This document shows, piece by piece, positions 51,456-64,000 of a stretch of DNA of 64,000 nucleotides. Below the pieces are notes generated by a model. It was not told the origin of the DNA. It saw only the letters and a list, made by a program, of their open reading frames with translations, and did no database searches. The DNA is from Okamejei kenojei (Eukaryota): assembly GCA_035221665.1 (NCBI GenBank), contig CM069140.1, positions 48,794,001 through 48,858,000 on the forward strand. Direction: 5' to 3'. The number at the start of each line of letters is the position of its first letter. The stretch's first letter is position 1. A program made the translations under genes and the position numbers.

Positions 51456-52534
51456 GTAGGTTGAGCCAAACTTGTGGAGCCATATAGTAAAAGTACTTTT
51501 ATGTTCTGTCTATTTAATTATTTCCTCCTAATTTCTGAACTTTTTCATATTGTAATATAGATCAATCAAATTTTAGAGATTTATAGTGTTATAAAATGTC
51601 TCTAAAGTGTGATTTTTTTTCTTTTGTACTCAATACATTAGTTCTGTATGTTTGATTTGTGTGTTAGATTTTTGATTTATTCCAATTTTAATGCCTGATT
51701 TCTCCCACTGATCAAATCTGCAATGCTTAACATCTTTGATGAAGTATGTTACCTTACTATTGTGGCGCATTTAATTCCACAAATGTATACATTTATGGCC
51801 TAAAAGCAAATGGTTAAGGACAAGACCAAATACCTGCACCAATTCTATACCAGGAGGTTAGTACCTGAAGTAATCAATCTTATTTTACCTCCTCGCCATT
51901 CTGGGAGTAGCAGTCCATTCTGCACGAGGTTCATCAAAGATCTGAAATTGGTTGAATGAAAAACTGCATCTTGTACATTTTCCTGCTTGGTTCTCTTAAA
52001 ATATATCCTTATGATAAGATATTTGTCTTATTACATTTCATTACTTGTAGACATGCGATGATATGCTTCAACTTAAAGGTGCCATATAAATGCTAGCAAT
52101 CTTCTGACATTCATAGTGTGTGCACTGAGAATGCATGTGCATTTTTCTAATCCACTTTTTCAATAGTCATGTGGTTTTTCTATTTCTCAATAATGTTACA
52201 TTGTCACAGTCACTCGGAGACATTTGCTTAAAGTGTAAATAAGTTAAGTGTTCTGCCTAGCAAATAAATCACCATATGAATATAAACTGTTTTAATACAT
52301 CCATCATTCACTTAACTCCCAGTTTAGCTTAGTATTCTTATTGATTATTTTTTTCAACAAGATTATTCTAAAGCCGCTGTATGCTAGAGCAGGTATGCTA
52401 GTTTCTGAATTTATGTGGAGAGGAACTTCATTGTTTGGAATTAATTGTCAAAATAATATATTAGAAGCATACTCTGCATTAATGAAATTACATAGTCTAT
52501 GGTCAACGATAAACTTTGTGGTAATAATTTATAG

Positions 52535-52688
52535 GTTCTTATCTCACGAAATTACCGAGGGGAAGTTGAAATGTCGATGATTGAGAAGTTTATGCCTTTA
52601 CTTGTAACGGAGGAGGATGGAGCTTTGTATCCCATTTTAAAGCAAGACCAAGCCTATTTTCTATGGATTAAATACAAAAACATCTACA
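52535..52688 (+). CDS. AP-1 mu-like exon 2 (VLISRNYRGEVEMSMIEKFMPLL...WIKYKNIY)
   Basis: RNYRG motif of mu1 adaptins; ends at U12 donor GTATCCTT. Confidence 0.92.
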
Positions 52689-52795
52689 GTATCCTTGAAT
52701 TCAATTTTGAGCTGTTTTTTTTTAATTTTGTACCTTCATAATTTTATACTTTGTCATATCCTGTTAAAATCATAGAACCTTAACCTGAAATCCAG
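52689..52795 (+). other. U12-type (minor spliceosome) GT-AG intron, 107 bp
   Basis: 5' GTATCCTT; branch site CCTTAAC at 52778-52784, 9 nt before the AG; no polypyrimidine tract. Confidence 0.9.
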
Positions 52796-52863
52796 TGGTG
52801 TGTACAACAAAGAGAAACACCAACATTTCATTATCATTTTCATTTCTCTTCAAAGTAAAACAG
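52796..52863 (+). CDS. AP-1 mu-like exon 3 (MVCTTKRNTNISLSFSFLFKVKQ)
   Basis: 68 bp, phase-consistent, gtaaa donor. Confidence 0.9.
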
Positions 52864-55800
52864 GTAAAAAGCCACAACCTTTTCTAAAATGTGTTTTTCA
52901 AGCTTTACAACAAAAATATATTCCCATTTTACCTTATAGAATAAAATGTAGTTGTGCTACTGGCTTTGTTGTGTTCTTTGAACTGTCCTGTTTAATAGTG
53001 ATATCAATTTGATAAAATGGACAAATCAAAAAGTTTTATATTAATTGTAGTAATGGCCATTTGGAGATTTGTGTTTGGTTATAAAACAAACTAGTTTCAC
53101 ATGAGATGCTTGTCCTACTTCTTGTGACTAAACATAAATACAAATCTTTAAATTCTTATTATGAAATAGTTACTGACTTCATCTACTAGAAATTAATGTT
53201 TTCTCACCAGCATAATTTAATGGAATTAATATAAATTAGTTCTGGGGAGCATGGAATATTAATGCATCAGGGTAAATACTTAGTATACTTTTCAAAATAA
53301 GTAATTGATAATTTTTTTCCGTTTTAAAGTCAAGATAGTTGCACGATAAAAATGGTAAAAATGCATATTTACAGTGGATGCAATGTTAATCAGCAGTATG
53401 TAAGCAGTTATTTACTGCGTATTGTGTTCTCAGAGCAAATTCTTTATGACATCATAAAGCAATGGAACAAGGGAATACAACATTTCTTAAAATATCCCTT
53501 ATAAATTCAGTTCAGTTTTTTATTTCAGTTTGAAATAGAATGTGATGAACAAACACTTTCTCTATTAATTTGCAGTATTTAGGATCCTTTGTACTTGAAC
53601 TAAAAGTGTATTTTCGAGTTAAATGCTAATTTCACAAAAACAAAAAGGGGAAAGGTATTTAAGTACAGAATCTCTGTCCGATATTCATGATTTTTTTTGA
53701 ATTTTTAAAATTCCCTTTTCAGAAAATGCTGAATGATTTCCTGAATGTAATTCATGTGCCTCAGATGCCTTCCCAAGTAATTTTAATGTCAAAGCTATTA
53801 CCTGTTTTGTTTATAAGAAAGATGGAAAATAATTTGTAATTTTGTCATTTTAATTTTTCATTTGTGCAAAACAAAATAATTTTATCTTTCTAAGACTCAG
53901 AGCCATAATAGTTCCACAAGGGCCAGTGCTGGAGCCGCTACTCTTCACGTTGTATATTAATGATTTGGACAAGGGGATTGAAGGCTTTGTGGCAAAGTTT
54001 GCAGATTACACAAAAAAAATTCTCTATTTAAAACAAAAATGGGTTCCAGCTACTTGAAAATTTCCCCCAAATTCTTGAAATAACAGATAATTTCTCTTGC
54101 CATCTCAGACGTTATCATCTGATGATTAAGTATGCACATGGCACCTATGATGGAATGTGAGTAACCTGCTACATTCCATCTTCAGATCCTAGTATGCTCT
54201 TATAAGCTAATTGGAAAATAAATCATACTTTCCTTTAAACTCCTTAATAACCTTATTAACCTTGCTTTTCTGAAATACTAGATATAGATTTCACTTCCTC
54301 AGTTGCCCTGGTCTCCATTTCATATTGATTGAAGACTTGAAAGATTTGGTTATAATCCCCAGTTCCAAGGCATAAATACCCCACATATAACTTTTGGAAA
54401 CAAATGCTGCATTTGTAGGCTGCACATTATGAATTGTGTTTGCCATTCATAGACTACACAATATGAATTGTGGTTTGCCATGAAGAAGCTTATGAGAGCC
54501 CCAATAACTATAACTGACATGACCATCTAGTTGGCATATAGCAGTATTTAATCAATTATGTCTCGCTGGTAGGGTAGCAATTTTAAAGCAATCCTTAAAT
54601 TAACGTGTTACATTGTAATTCAGTACCATGTTTCTGTTGGCTGTTAATAGAGGTTTTTTTCATTGAGTTATGATGGTTAAAAAGCCTCACTGATCAAAAC
54701 ATAGGTACTTCTAAAAAAAGTGTTGGTTAATAGAGTTAATCAATGTCTTAGTTAATTCCAGAAAGTAGCAATTCATATCTGTAGTTACATTGTCTTCGTT
54801 TGACTGATGCACCCTTATTTAAACAGTTAATTGATTAGAAATTGGGCATTTTATAATGCTGCCTTCCATTTCATTGAGTTTAGTTTTATTTTTATAAATT
54901 AATAAATGTAATGTAATTTTGAAAGTATTGTTTAAAAATTTTAATAGCATTTGGCATAAATTTGGAATTACTTTCAGAGTCCATAACAAATTAAATGTCA
55001 ACTATTGAGTGTGGATAATTTAATGGTATTTTCTTATTAAAAATCCTTTATGGAGAGGTCCATTTTACATAATGTACATCAATAGTTATCCAATAGTAAA
55101 GTCCTTTGGTCACCCTGATGATGTGAAGGATGTTAAATGATCATTACTTGCCTTTGCTCCTTTCTCTAAATTGAAATGTCTTGGGGTAGCTTGTTATGAT
55201 TAAAAAATATATATACTGTATATCTTAATGAAACATGAATTCGAAACATTCGTCGAAACAGAGACGACATGAAGGTTGCAATCTTCCACCCCGGGGGGGG
55301 GGGGGGGCGCAGAGAGGGAGGGGGCAGGGAGAGAGGGGGGTAGAGAGAGGGGGAGGGGGTGGAGTGGGAGGGGGTAGAGAGGGAGAGAGAGGGGGGAGAG
55401 AGGGAGAGGGCAGAGACCTCACACCATCTCCCTCCTCATTTTCCTCATCTTCCTCCCCTGCCGCAGCACCTACCCAGGTTGTAGAGCCTGGAACTCGTCC
55501 TGGTTCTCATACTCATACTGGTCCTTGGTACCACCGGCGGCTTCTTTCTCAGCCCCGGTCATGGCCCCATCCCAAGCAAGATCGCAGGCAGGCCCGGGCG
55601 GGCGTGGACCCAGGGACTGCGACTAGGGCAGGCAAAGGGTTGGGGGGGGGGGGGGGGTGGTTTCCAGAAAATGCCAGCGTGGTGCACCCCCCCCCCCCCT
55701 TCCCCCGCGAAGAGCCGGAGTGCATTGTGATATCCTTTTTTTTGGCAAAACGCTAGTTTGGGATGTGTGTAAAATTTCAATTATCATAAAATTCGGGGAT

Positions 55801-55919
55801 ATAGGTGGAAATGCAACGGGAATATGTTTATCACCTCCATAGGAAAAAAAAGGGAGTAGTATGTGTGAAAATGGGAAGACTGTGGCCCAGCGTCTGTAAG
55901 GAAATGAGAATCAAGCAGA

Positions 55920-56057
55920 NNNNNNNNNNNNNNNNNNNNNNNNNNNNNNNNNNNNNNNNNNNNNNNNNNNNNNNNNNNNNNNNNNNNNNNNNNNNNNNNN
56001 NNNNNNNNNNNNNNNNNNNNNNNNNNNNNNNNNNNNNNNNNNNNNNNNNNNNNNNNN
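55920..56057. other. Assembly gap (138 N)
   Basis: N run. Confidence 1.
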
Positions 56058-56378
56058 AATATAGATATGAAACAAAGCATAATGGATAAAATGAATAGCC
56101 AGAGTCTTTTTCCCAGAGTAGTTCAAGTTTGCGTTTATTGTCACTTAACCAACTAAGGTACAGTGAAATCTGAGTTACCATCCAGCCATACTAAGTGGAA
56201 AGAACACAATACACACATAAAATTAATTTAACATAATCAACATTCCTCACTGTGATGGAAGGCAATAAAGTTCAGTCATCTTCCTCTTTTGTCTAAAACT
56301 AGAAGTCCCAGGCTTAAGTTGAGAGGGTTAACTTTTTCACACACGGGGTGGAATGAGCTGGCTGAGAAAGTGGATATA

Positions 56379-58335
56379 ATAGAAAGATTAAACAATAACT
56401 TACCGTTTGAAGTTTGATTTTATTTTATGAGAAGTTGGAGTGAAGAACCCACCCGCCCGTATGCACATCAATCTTCACAGCCACTGTATGAAACCACAGT
56501 CCATTTGAACCACCATCAAGTTATAGAAAGATTAATAACCTTTGACTTACCGAAATTAAATTTATGAGATTCAGGGTTGGGAGTGGAGGGCATGTAGTCT
56601 CTCACTCCAACTTCTCATAAAATAAAGATCAAACTTCAAATGGTAAGTTTTCGCTTAATCTTTCTATTTTATTTTGAAGTCTCGTGATGAGACTATGTGA
56701 AGCCTTTGAAGCTCTGTGGTTTCATGCAGTAAACCAATCTGTATGTGAACACACGACACAGAAAAAGACATAGAAAATTAACACATGATGCTAACTTTAC
56801 ATACATATACATTGCCTTTAACTGGACACAGTCCCATTAGCCTTGGAGTTACAGACAAATAGCTTATGTAACACTGTCCAGATTTCAATCTGCAATCGTC
56901 CAGACCTGTTAAGCGGTTTAGTTATAAACTTCTGAAAGTGTGTTCATCTGACCATCCTGCTGTTGCAAGAATGTGATCAAGGGCAACATCCATTCTATTG
57001 GCTGCTGACGTGCCAGCAGCCCTGGTAGAGTGTAAATTGAAATTATCTGTATTCACTTCCGCTTTCAACAGCGTACTCTCTATCCATCATGAAATAGTCT
57101 GCACTGACACTCTCTTGAGAGACTTTTTTATAACTATGAAGAAAACTTTTCCATCATCTCGTAGGTTCTTAGTAACCTCACTATGCTTTTTCACATAATA
57201 AACACCCACAATCTCCGATCTGGTGGGTATGCTGCCAGCACCAACTTGTACCCAACTGTGCCCGCTCTGCTTTATGAGTTCATTCACATAAAATGCTACC
57301 CTCTTGTCAGGTATGACTGAGTTATCCAGATGAAGATTGCGTAAAGACTGAGCTCTTTGTGCTGAAATAAGTGTCATAAGCATGACTAACTAATCAGTAG
57401 CTGCTCCAACGCTAGGAATGCAGCTGGTGCAAATATGTGTAAAAAAAATATATAATACTGATTACACATTCCACACTACTTGGTATCTATGCTTTAGAGG
57501 GCTCATATTAAAGACACCTTCCATAAACATTGTCACCAGTGGGTGAGAGCCAATTGTTTGTTGCCCCACCCCAAGCACTAGATACGATGATAAGGCACTG
57601 CGAGGAGTGTTAATTGCGCTACAACTTAGTCGCTTCTCATAAAGCCAAACTGAAAGAAACCCCCAAACCTCTGCTACTTCTGCTTTAAAGTAGCTCACAT
57701 GTATCTCTTCACAAAATGTTTCCCCTGTTTTCTATAGGTAGCATACTGCTTTCTTGTGCCATCTCGCCAAGCTGCAATGATCACGTCAACTGTCCTGCTG
57801 GATAGTCCTCGAAGCTCGAAGGAGCTCTTTAAATCCTGCAAATTAATAAATCAATACGATCATGCAGTGGATGTGGTGCACGAGTGACAGGTTGAATTAA
57901 CCACTCTTCGTGTCTGAGCAAATATAGGAGCTTCCTTCAGCAGACCTTTGTACAATGGAAACCATGGTTGAGTAGGCCAATTTGGCACTACTATAATTCC
58001 TGTTGCCTCGACTTGAATTATCTTTTGGAGGCATCTTCCGATAAGGCACAATGAGGAATTTCTTGACCTGGTGTCTGCTTCAATTTTGTACCTGCATGGC
58101 AGATGTACAGCTGACACCCATATTTTCATCTTATATACCGCGCCCAAATGGACTTTGCCAGTGCATCACATGTTTGAGACTTACAGCTACCCATATGATT
58201 AACATACGCTTCTGCTGTTGTATTGTCCCGATTTATCCTAATTTGCATATCATGGTCATTCCCACAATACGTTCTCAATGCCTGGAATGCTGCTAGCATT
58301 TCCAAATAGTTGATGCCATATTTATTGGCCATATA
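56379..58335 (-). mobile_element. Decayed DIRS1-type tyrosine-recombinase retrotransposon (RNase H, methyltransferase remnant, YR, ICR/ITR)
   Basis: INYLEMLA..DNTTA.AYVNHMG (RNase H); IIVVPNWPTQPWFP; RSALS..GSHPLV; SAQRAQSL; HSTRAA..AGWS..TF; terminal inverted repeat. Confidence 0.85.
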
Positions 58336-58879
58336 ACGTCAGATTTATAGCCATTTATGGCTATTAAAGTGAATAGGCCAGTGGCTATCTTTTCCCACTT
58401 ACTTTTGAACAGCCTCAATATATCTCCGACTGGAATATCCTCCGTACATTTCATGCAGCTGAAGGAATAATACTCATCTCCCTCAACGGGATTAAATGGT
58501 TGATTGACAGCATCTGCTAACACTATTTTTTGTTCAATCCCTTCCCTCTGGCTCTGACATCGTGGCCTGCTGGGGTTGAGACTGAATGTGTGACACGCAC
58601 TGTCTCCATGGTGAGCGCTATGAACCTGCGCCTAAAAAAAGATTCTGGCTCTGTCTTAGTTGTGTAGGCCTGGTGCTCCAACCTGCCTCAGTATAGCGGT
58701 TTCAGCCACTAACTTGTTAGGGATGATATCAAGTTAGTGCTAAGGCGTCTTGCTGCACTTCAGAACATTGTGTTCCATCCACCGACCTTGCAAACACCGA
58801 AATCCCTCTTGTGAGAGCTCTCAGAACTCGCTAGAGTTTTAAATCTTAAGATTTCGTTTAGCCAATCAAAAATTGTGTC

Positions 58880-61800
58880 CAGGTGCAGCTCCTGAAGGCC
58901 CATGTCAGGGAACTGGAGCATCAGCTGGATGACCTCGGGTCCATCCGGGGAAACAAGAGTTTCCTGCACAGGACCTACAGTGAGGTTGTCACACCGAGGA
59001 AACAAGAAGAGCGAAGGTGGGTGATAACGAGGAAGAGTAGTAAACATGGAGTGCAGGAGACCCTGGTGGCTGTACCTATTGAAAACAGGTATACCATCTT
59101 GGGAGCTGTCGGGGCAGATGACACATCAAGTTTGAGTGGCAGCCAGGGCTGTAACTCCAAACCCTGATGTTGAGGCTCAACAAGGAAGAGTGACATCAGG
59201 CAGAGCCATAGTGGTGGGTGACTCGACAGTGAGAGGTGCGGACAGGAGAATCTGCGGAAACGGGTGAGACTCCGGGATGCCTCATTGGTGCCAGGGTCCA
59301 GGACGTCTTGGACTGATTTCATAACATTCTTGAGAGGGAAAGTGAACAGCCGGAAGTAGTTGTGCATGTAGGCACAAATGGGTAAGAAGAGGAAGGAGAT
59401 TCGACAACGTGAGTATAGAGAACCAGGTAGGAGGCTGAAAAGCAGGACTTCTATGGTGGTTATCTCTGGGATGCTTCCAGTACCTCGTGCTAGTGAGGGT
59501 AGGAACAGGGAGATTGGGGATCTGAATGTGTGGCTGAGGAATTGAGGGGGCAGGGATTTAGATTTGTAGATCGCTGGAATCTCTTTTGGGGCAGAAGTGA
59601 CCTGTACAAAAGGGACGGGTTGCACCTTAATTGTAAGGGGACCGACATTCTGGCAGGCAGGTTTGCTAGTGCAACATGGGTGGGTTTAAACCAAACAGTG
59701 GGGGGATTTGAGTCAACAACGTTGAAGCGAATGCGTGCAGTTAACGGGAAGTTAAAGAGTGCGGGAAAGTCACGTTTAAACTAACAGGGCACGGTGATGG
59801 GACCCAATGCAAGGAGACAGAGGGCCATAAAAGGAGGACAGAAGAAAAAGGTAGAAGATAAGAAAAACAAACCTGAAAGCTTTGTGCCTTAAAGCGAGGA
59901 GCATTCGTAATAAGGTGGATGAATTGAATACGCAGTTAGTAGTTAAGGAATATGATATAGTTCGAATTACGGAAACATGGCTCCAGGGTGACCAAGGCTG
60001 GGAGCTAAACATGCAGGGGTATTCGATATTCAGGAAGGATAGACAGAAAGGAAGGGGAGGCAGGGTGGCATTGTTGGTTAAAGAGGAGATTAGTGCAATA
60101 GCACGCAGATTCATTAGCTTGGATACTGTAGAATCGCTATGGATTGAACTGTGAAATAGCTAAGGGCAGAAAACGCTTGTTTGAGTTGTATACAGATCAC
60201 CAAATGGCAGTGGGGTTTAATTAAGAGGGCAAAAAAAGAGCATGAGAGCTTGCGGGGAATAAAAAACTGACTCTAAAAACTTCTTTAGATATGTAAAAAA
60301 GAAAAGATTAGTGAAGAAAAATGTAGGTCCCTTACAATCAGAGACAGTTGAATTTATAATGGGAAACAAGGAAATGGAAGAACAGTTAAACATGTACTTT
60401 GGTTCTGTCTTCACTAAGGAAGACACAAACAATCTCCCAGAAATCCTAGTGGGAGGGAGGAACTAAAGAGCATCAACATTAGTCAGGAACTGGTGTTATG
60501 TAAACTGTTGGGACTGAAGGCAGATAAATCCCCAGGGTCTGATGGTCTGCATCCCAGAGTACCCGAGGAGGTGGCCCTAGAAATTGTGGATGCATTGGTG
60601 AACATTTTCCAATGTTCTATAAACTCTGGATCAGTTCCTGTGGTATGGAGGGTAGCTGATGTAGCCCTACTTTTTAAGAAAGGAGGCAGAGTGAAAACGG
60701 AATTATAGACCATTATGGACCAGTTATATCGGTAGTGGGGAAGATGCTCGAGTTGATTATTAAAGATGTAATAGTAGCGCATTTGGAAAGCATTGACAGG
60801 ATCGGTCAGTCAGCATGGATTGGTGAAGGGGAAATCATGCTTGACTAATCTTCTGGAATTTTTTGGGGATGTAACAAGTAGAATAGAGAAGTGAGAGCCA
60901 GGGCATATATCTGAACGTTCAAAAAGCCTTTGACAAGGTCCCACATAAGAGATTAATGTGCAAAATTAGAGCACATGGTATTGGGAGTAGGGCATTGACA
61001 TGGATAGAGAAATGGTTGACTGACAGGAAGCAAAGAGTAGGAATTAACGGGTCCTTTTCAGAATGGCTTGCAGTGACCAGTGAGATGCCGCAAGGCTCGG
61101 TGCCACAAGGCTGGGACCCAAGTTAATTACAGTATATATTAGTGATTTAGACGAGGGAATTAAATGTGACGTCTCCAAATTTGCAGATGACAGAAAGCTG
61201 GGTGGCAGCGTGAGCTGCAAGGAGGATGCTATGAGGCTGCAGTGTGACTTGGATAGGTTGAGTGAGTGGGCAGATGCATGGCAGGTGCAGTATAACGTGG
61301 ATAAATGTGAGGTTATCTACTTTGTTGGCAAGAACAAGACAGATTATTATTTCAATGGTGTCAGATTAGGAAAAGGGGAGGTGCGACGAGACCTGGGTTT
61401 GCTTGTACATCAGTCACTGGAAATAAGCATGCAGGTTCAGCAGGCAGTGAAGAAAGCAAACGGCATGTGCAAGAGGATTTGAGTTTAGGAGCAAGGAATA
61501 TCCTTCTGCAGTTGTACAGGGCCCTGGTGAGACCACACCTGAATTACTGTGTGCAATTTTGGTCTCCTAATTTGAGGAAGGACATTATTGCTATTGAGGG
61601 TCTGCAGCGTAGTTTCACCTGGTTAATTCCAAAGATTGGCGGGACTGACATGATGAAAGAATGGGTTGACTGGACTTGTATTCATTGGAATTTAGAAGGA
61701 TAGAGGAGATCTTATAGCAACATATAAAATTCTTAAAAGATTGGACAGGCTAGGTGCAAAAAATATGTTCCCGATGTTGGGGGATTCCAGAAGCAGGGGT

Positions 61801-62106
61801 CACAGTTTAAGAATAAGGGGTCGGCCATTATGGACTGAGATGAGGAAAAATCTTTTCACCCAAAGAGTTGTGAATCTGTGGAATTCTCTACCACAGAAGA
61901 CAACGGAGGCCAATTCACTGGATGTTTTCAAGAGTTAGATTTAGCTCTTAGGGCTAAAGGAATCAAGGGATATGGGGGGAAAAGCGGGAATGGGGTACTG
62001 ATTTTAGATGATCAGCCATGATCATAATGAATCACAGTGCTGGCTCGAACTCGAAGGGCCGAATGGCCTCCTCCAGCACCTATTTGCCTATGTTTCTCTG
62101 TTTCTA
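58880..62106 (+). mobile_element. Near full-length CR1 LINE (ORF1 with SGNH esterase; ORF2 EN-RT, internally deleted)
   Basis: AIVVGDS, DGLHLN; ARSIRNKVDEL..ITETWL; KSPGSDGLHPRV; FADD; CR1 3' tail. Confidence 0.9.
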
Positions 62107-63014
62107 AATTATGCTACAGAATTTTAGCAAATGAGGAAGTGTGGCAACTCATTGAAAAACTGAACCATATATTGAAATTGATGTTTACTATTGGATGGTA
62201 AATGATTTAATAATTTTAAGCTGAGCCAGTATATCAATGATTTGCACTTTTGTAACTTCAGTATCACTGGGTTCAAGGATCAGAGCTTGAGCTGGAAAAG
62301 GAATGGGGAGGGAAGTAGGGACAAGCTAAATTTGTTGTTCAAAAAATATCTGCTCAGAAAGAATTTGGTGTTGGGAAGTGACTGAGTAAACCAAATGTAA
62401 ATATTGCCAGTCCATTGGTTAATAATCAACTATGTGTTATGTATGATGCTTCATTTGGAGTTTGTGGCTCTTAGGAACTATTATTTTCTAAAGGCAGTAA
62501 AACTCACTGAGTGTATGTTAAAACAGAAAACAATATCGTACAGTTTCTTCAAGATCATCTTAAGAAATCACTTGAGGACTTGCTTCCACTCTGATTTTCT
62601 GTGTTTTCAGGTGAATGATCAGGCCAGACTCTTCCACATATGGGATAGGGGTTGCATGACAGAATGGGCAACGGGTAGTTTGTGAGATGATGTGCTTTTT
62701 CAACCGTATAGACAGGGCTCTTGTATGTTCCCTGTTCATGGATATGGTGCAATGAGGCCAATAATTAATTTCATCATCAATTGTCTTCCGTTTGTTGAGA
62801 AGTTGCTCTTAAAATATGACAAGTAGACCACTTACCAGGGACACACCATGAAACATTATTGTTGGAGGCAGTGTTGTAGACTTGAGACAGATTGGTAGAG
62901 GACTATTGTCTTGTGGATGTTGAGTTTAAGACTTATATGCTTTAGGAAAGAAGTCAATAGTCTTCCCACTTTATTTTCCCTCATGGAGTCTTCCTTGGGC
63001 ACTTCTGTAATTGA

Positions 63015-63275
63015 AGATAGACACAAAAAAACTGGAGTAACTCAGCGGGTCCGGCAGCATCTCTGAAAGGAAGGAATGGGTGAAGTTTCGGGTCGAGACC
63101 CTTCTTCAGACAAGCTATTCTTGCCCATTCTGTCATGCAACCCTGTCTGAAGAAGGATCTCGATCTGAAATGTCACCCATTCTTTCTCTCCAGAGATGCT
63201 GCCTGTCCCACTGAGTTACTCCAGCTTTTTGTGTCTATCTTCGGTTTAAACCAGCATCTGCATTTCTTTCCTACA
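63015..63275. mobile_element. Palindromic Penelope-derived short element with two opposed hammerhead-like cores
   Basis: Arms 63015-63111 and 63145-63275; 15-bp TSD cacttctgtaattga (63000-63014 / 63276-63290). Confidence 0.88.
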
Positions 63276-63667
63276 CACTTCTGTAATTGATGCTGTTTGA
63301 CTTTCATTGCCATCACAATGGACCCACAGTGTGCTGTTGATCTGCCTCACCTCATGCACCTCTCACAAAAAATGGCCTCCACTTCTTATTGATGAAATTA
63401 TTTCTTCACCAAGAATTGAATGAAAGAAATTATATCTCCATCTCCAAATTCTTCAATTACCTCCATCTGTTTCCTGTCCCATTAAATATTTGAGAGCATT
63501 ATTTTTGCAGATATTTGATATGTGATAAAGTCACCAGAATTGTATAAACTGCAAAGGATGCTCAACATTCCAAACAGTAAACCAAAAAGAGATTCATAAT
63601 ACAAAGCTGTTACTTTCTTTGTTTATGTGGCTCAATAAATTAACGTGGCTTTCTTTTCATAATTTAG

Positions 63668-63798
63668 ATTTTCATCGAGTACTTTGGAGATCTCGAACAG
63701 GAGAGTATAAAAGACAATTTTATTCTAATCTATGAGCTCCTTGATGAGATTATGGATTTTGGCTACCCGCAGATCACAGAAACTAACATCTTGCAGGA
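63668..63798 (+). CDS. AP-1 mu-like exon 4 ([44 protein letters not shown])
   Basis: Adaptin mu signature DNF..IYELLDE.MDFGYPQ; 131 bp; gene continues past the window. Confidence 0.95.
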
Positions 63799-64000
63799 GT
63801 AGGTATATTCAGCATGTCTGCCGTATGTTTACTACATCCAGTGAACGTTCTTTTGTAAAAAGGCATTTAATGCTGGGTGTCCGAGTTTGCCAGGTATTTG
63901 TCCATTAAAATGCTTGATGAATATGGAGAAAATAAGTTACAATCCAGATCAGCTGTGATCTTACTGAATGACAAAACATGCTCGCCGGGCAGTTTAAGTG

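Noticed and set aside
55235-55756. 173-aa Gly/Pro-rich ORF and GC-rich island
   Set aside because: Low-complexity G-tracts beside a gap; likely an unclassified repeat; no coding evidence
57860-58050. DNA methyltransferase-like remnant next to a recombinase, suggesting a phage or defence module
   Set aside because: Standard domain content of DIRS1 retrotransposons, and degraded here
62591-62700. Strong acceptor-like ttttcag at ~62610 as a possible extra AP1M exon
   Set aside because: Exons 3 and 4 already join in frame with no missing residues, and the peptide has no mu-adaptin similarity

Overview
Vertebrate genomic DNA, AT-rich and repeat-dense. The repeat families (CR1/HER1-like LINEs, V-type tRNA SINEs, many Penelope-derived short repeats) suggest a cartilaginous fish such as a skate or ray; that is inference. 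There are two spliced host genes on the + strand. The first is the last 10 coding exons of importin-13 (IPO13, 892-39506). The second is the first four coding exons of a divergent AP-1 mu-subunit gene (from 51414), which includes a U12-type minor intron. Nearly all tracked ORFs are transposon debris or chance. Mobile elements include: a very young GC-rich Gypsy (Mag-like) LTR element, Penelope-like GIY-YIG fragments, a non-autonomous Helitron, two Tc1 copies, hAT and TcMar MITEs, CR1 and Rex/Babar LINEs, and a decayed DIRS1 tyrosine-recombinase element. The most striking non-coding signal is a family of short, often hairpin-shaped Penelope-derived insertions carrying a minimal hammerhead-ribozyme core, with 12-16 bp target-site duplications; one of them has captured nearby genomic DNA as its spacer. 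There are two assembly gaps, and some signs of consensus error.
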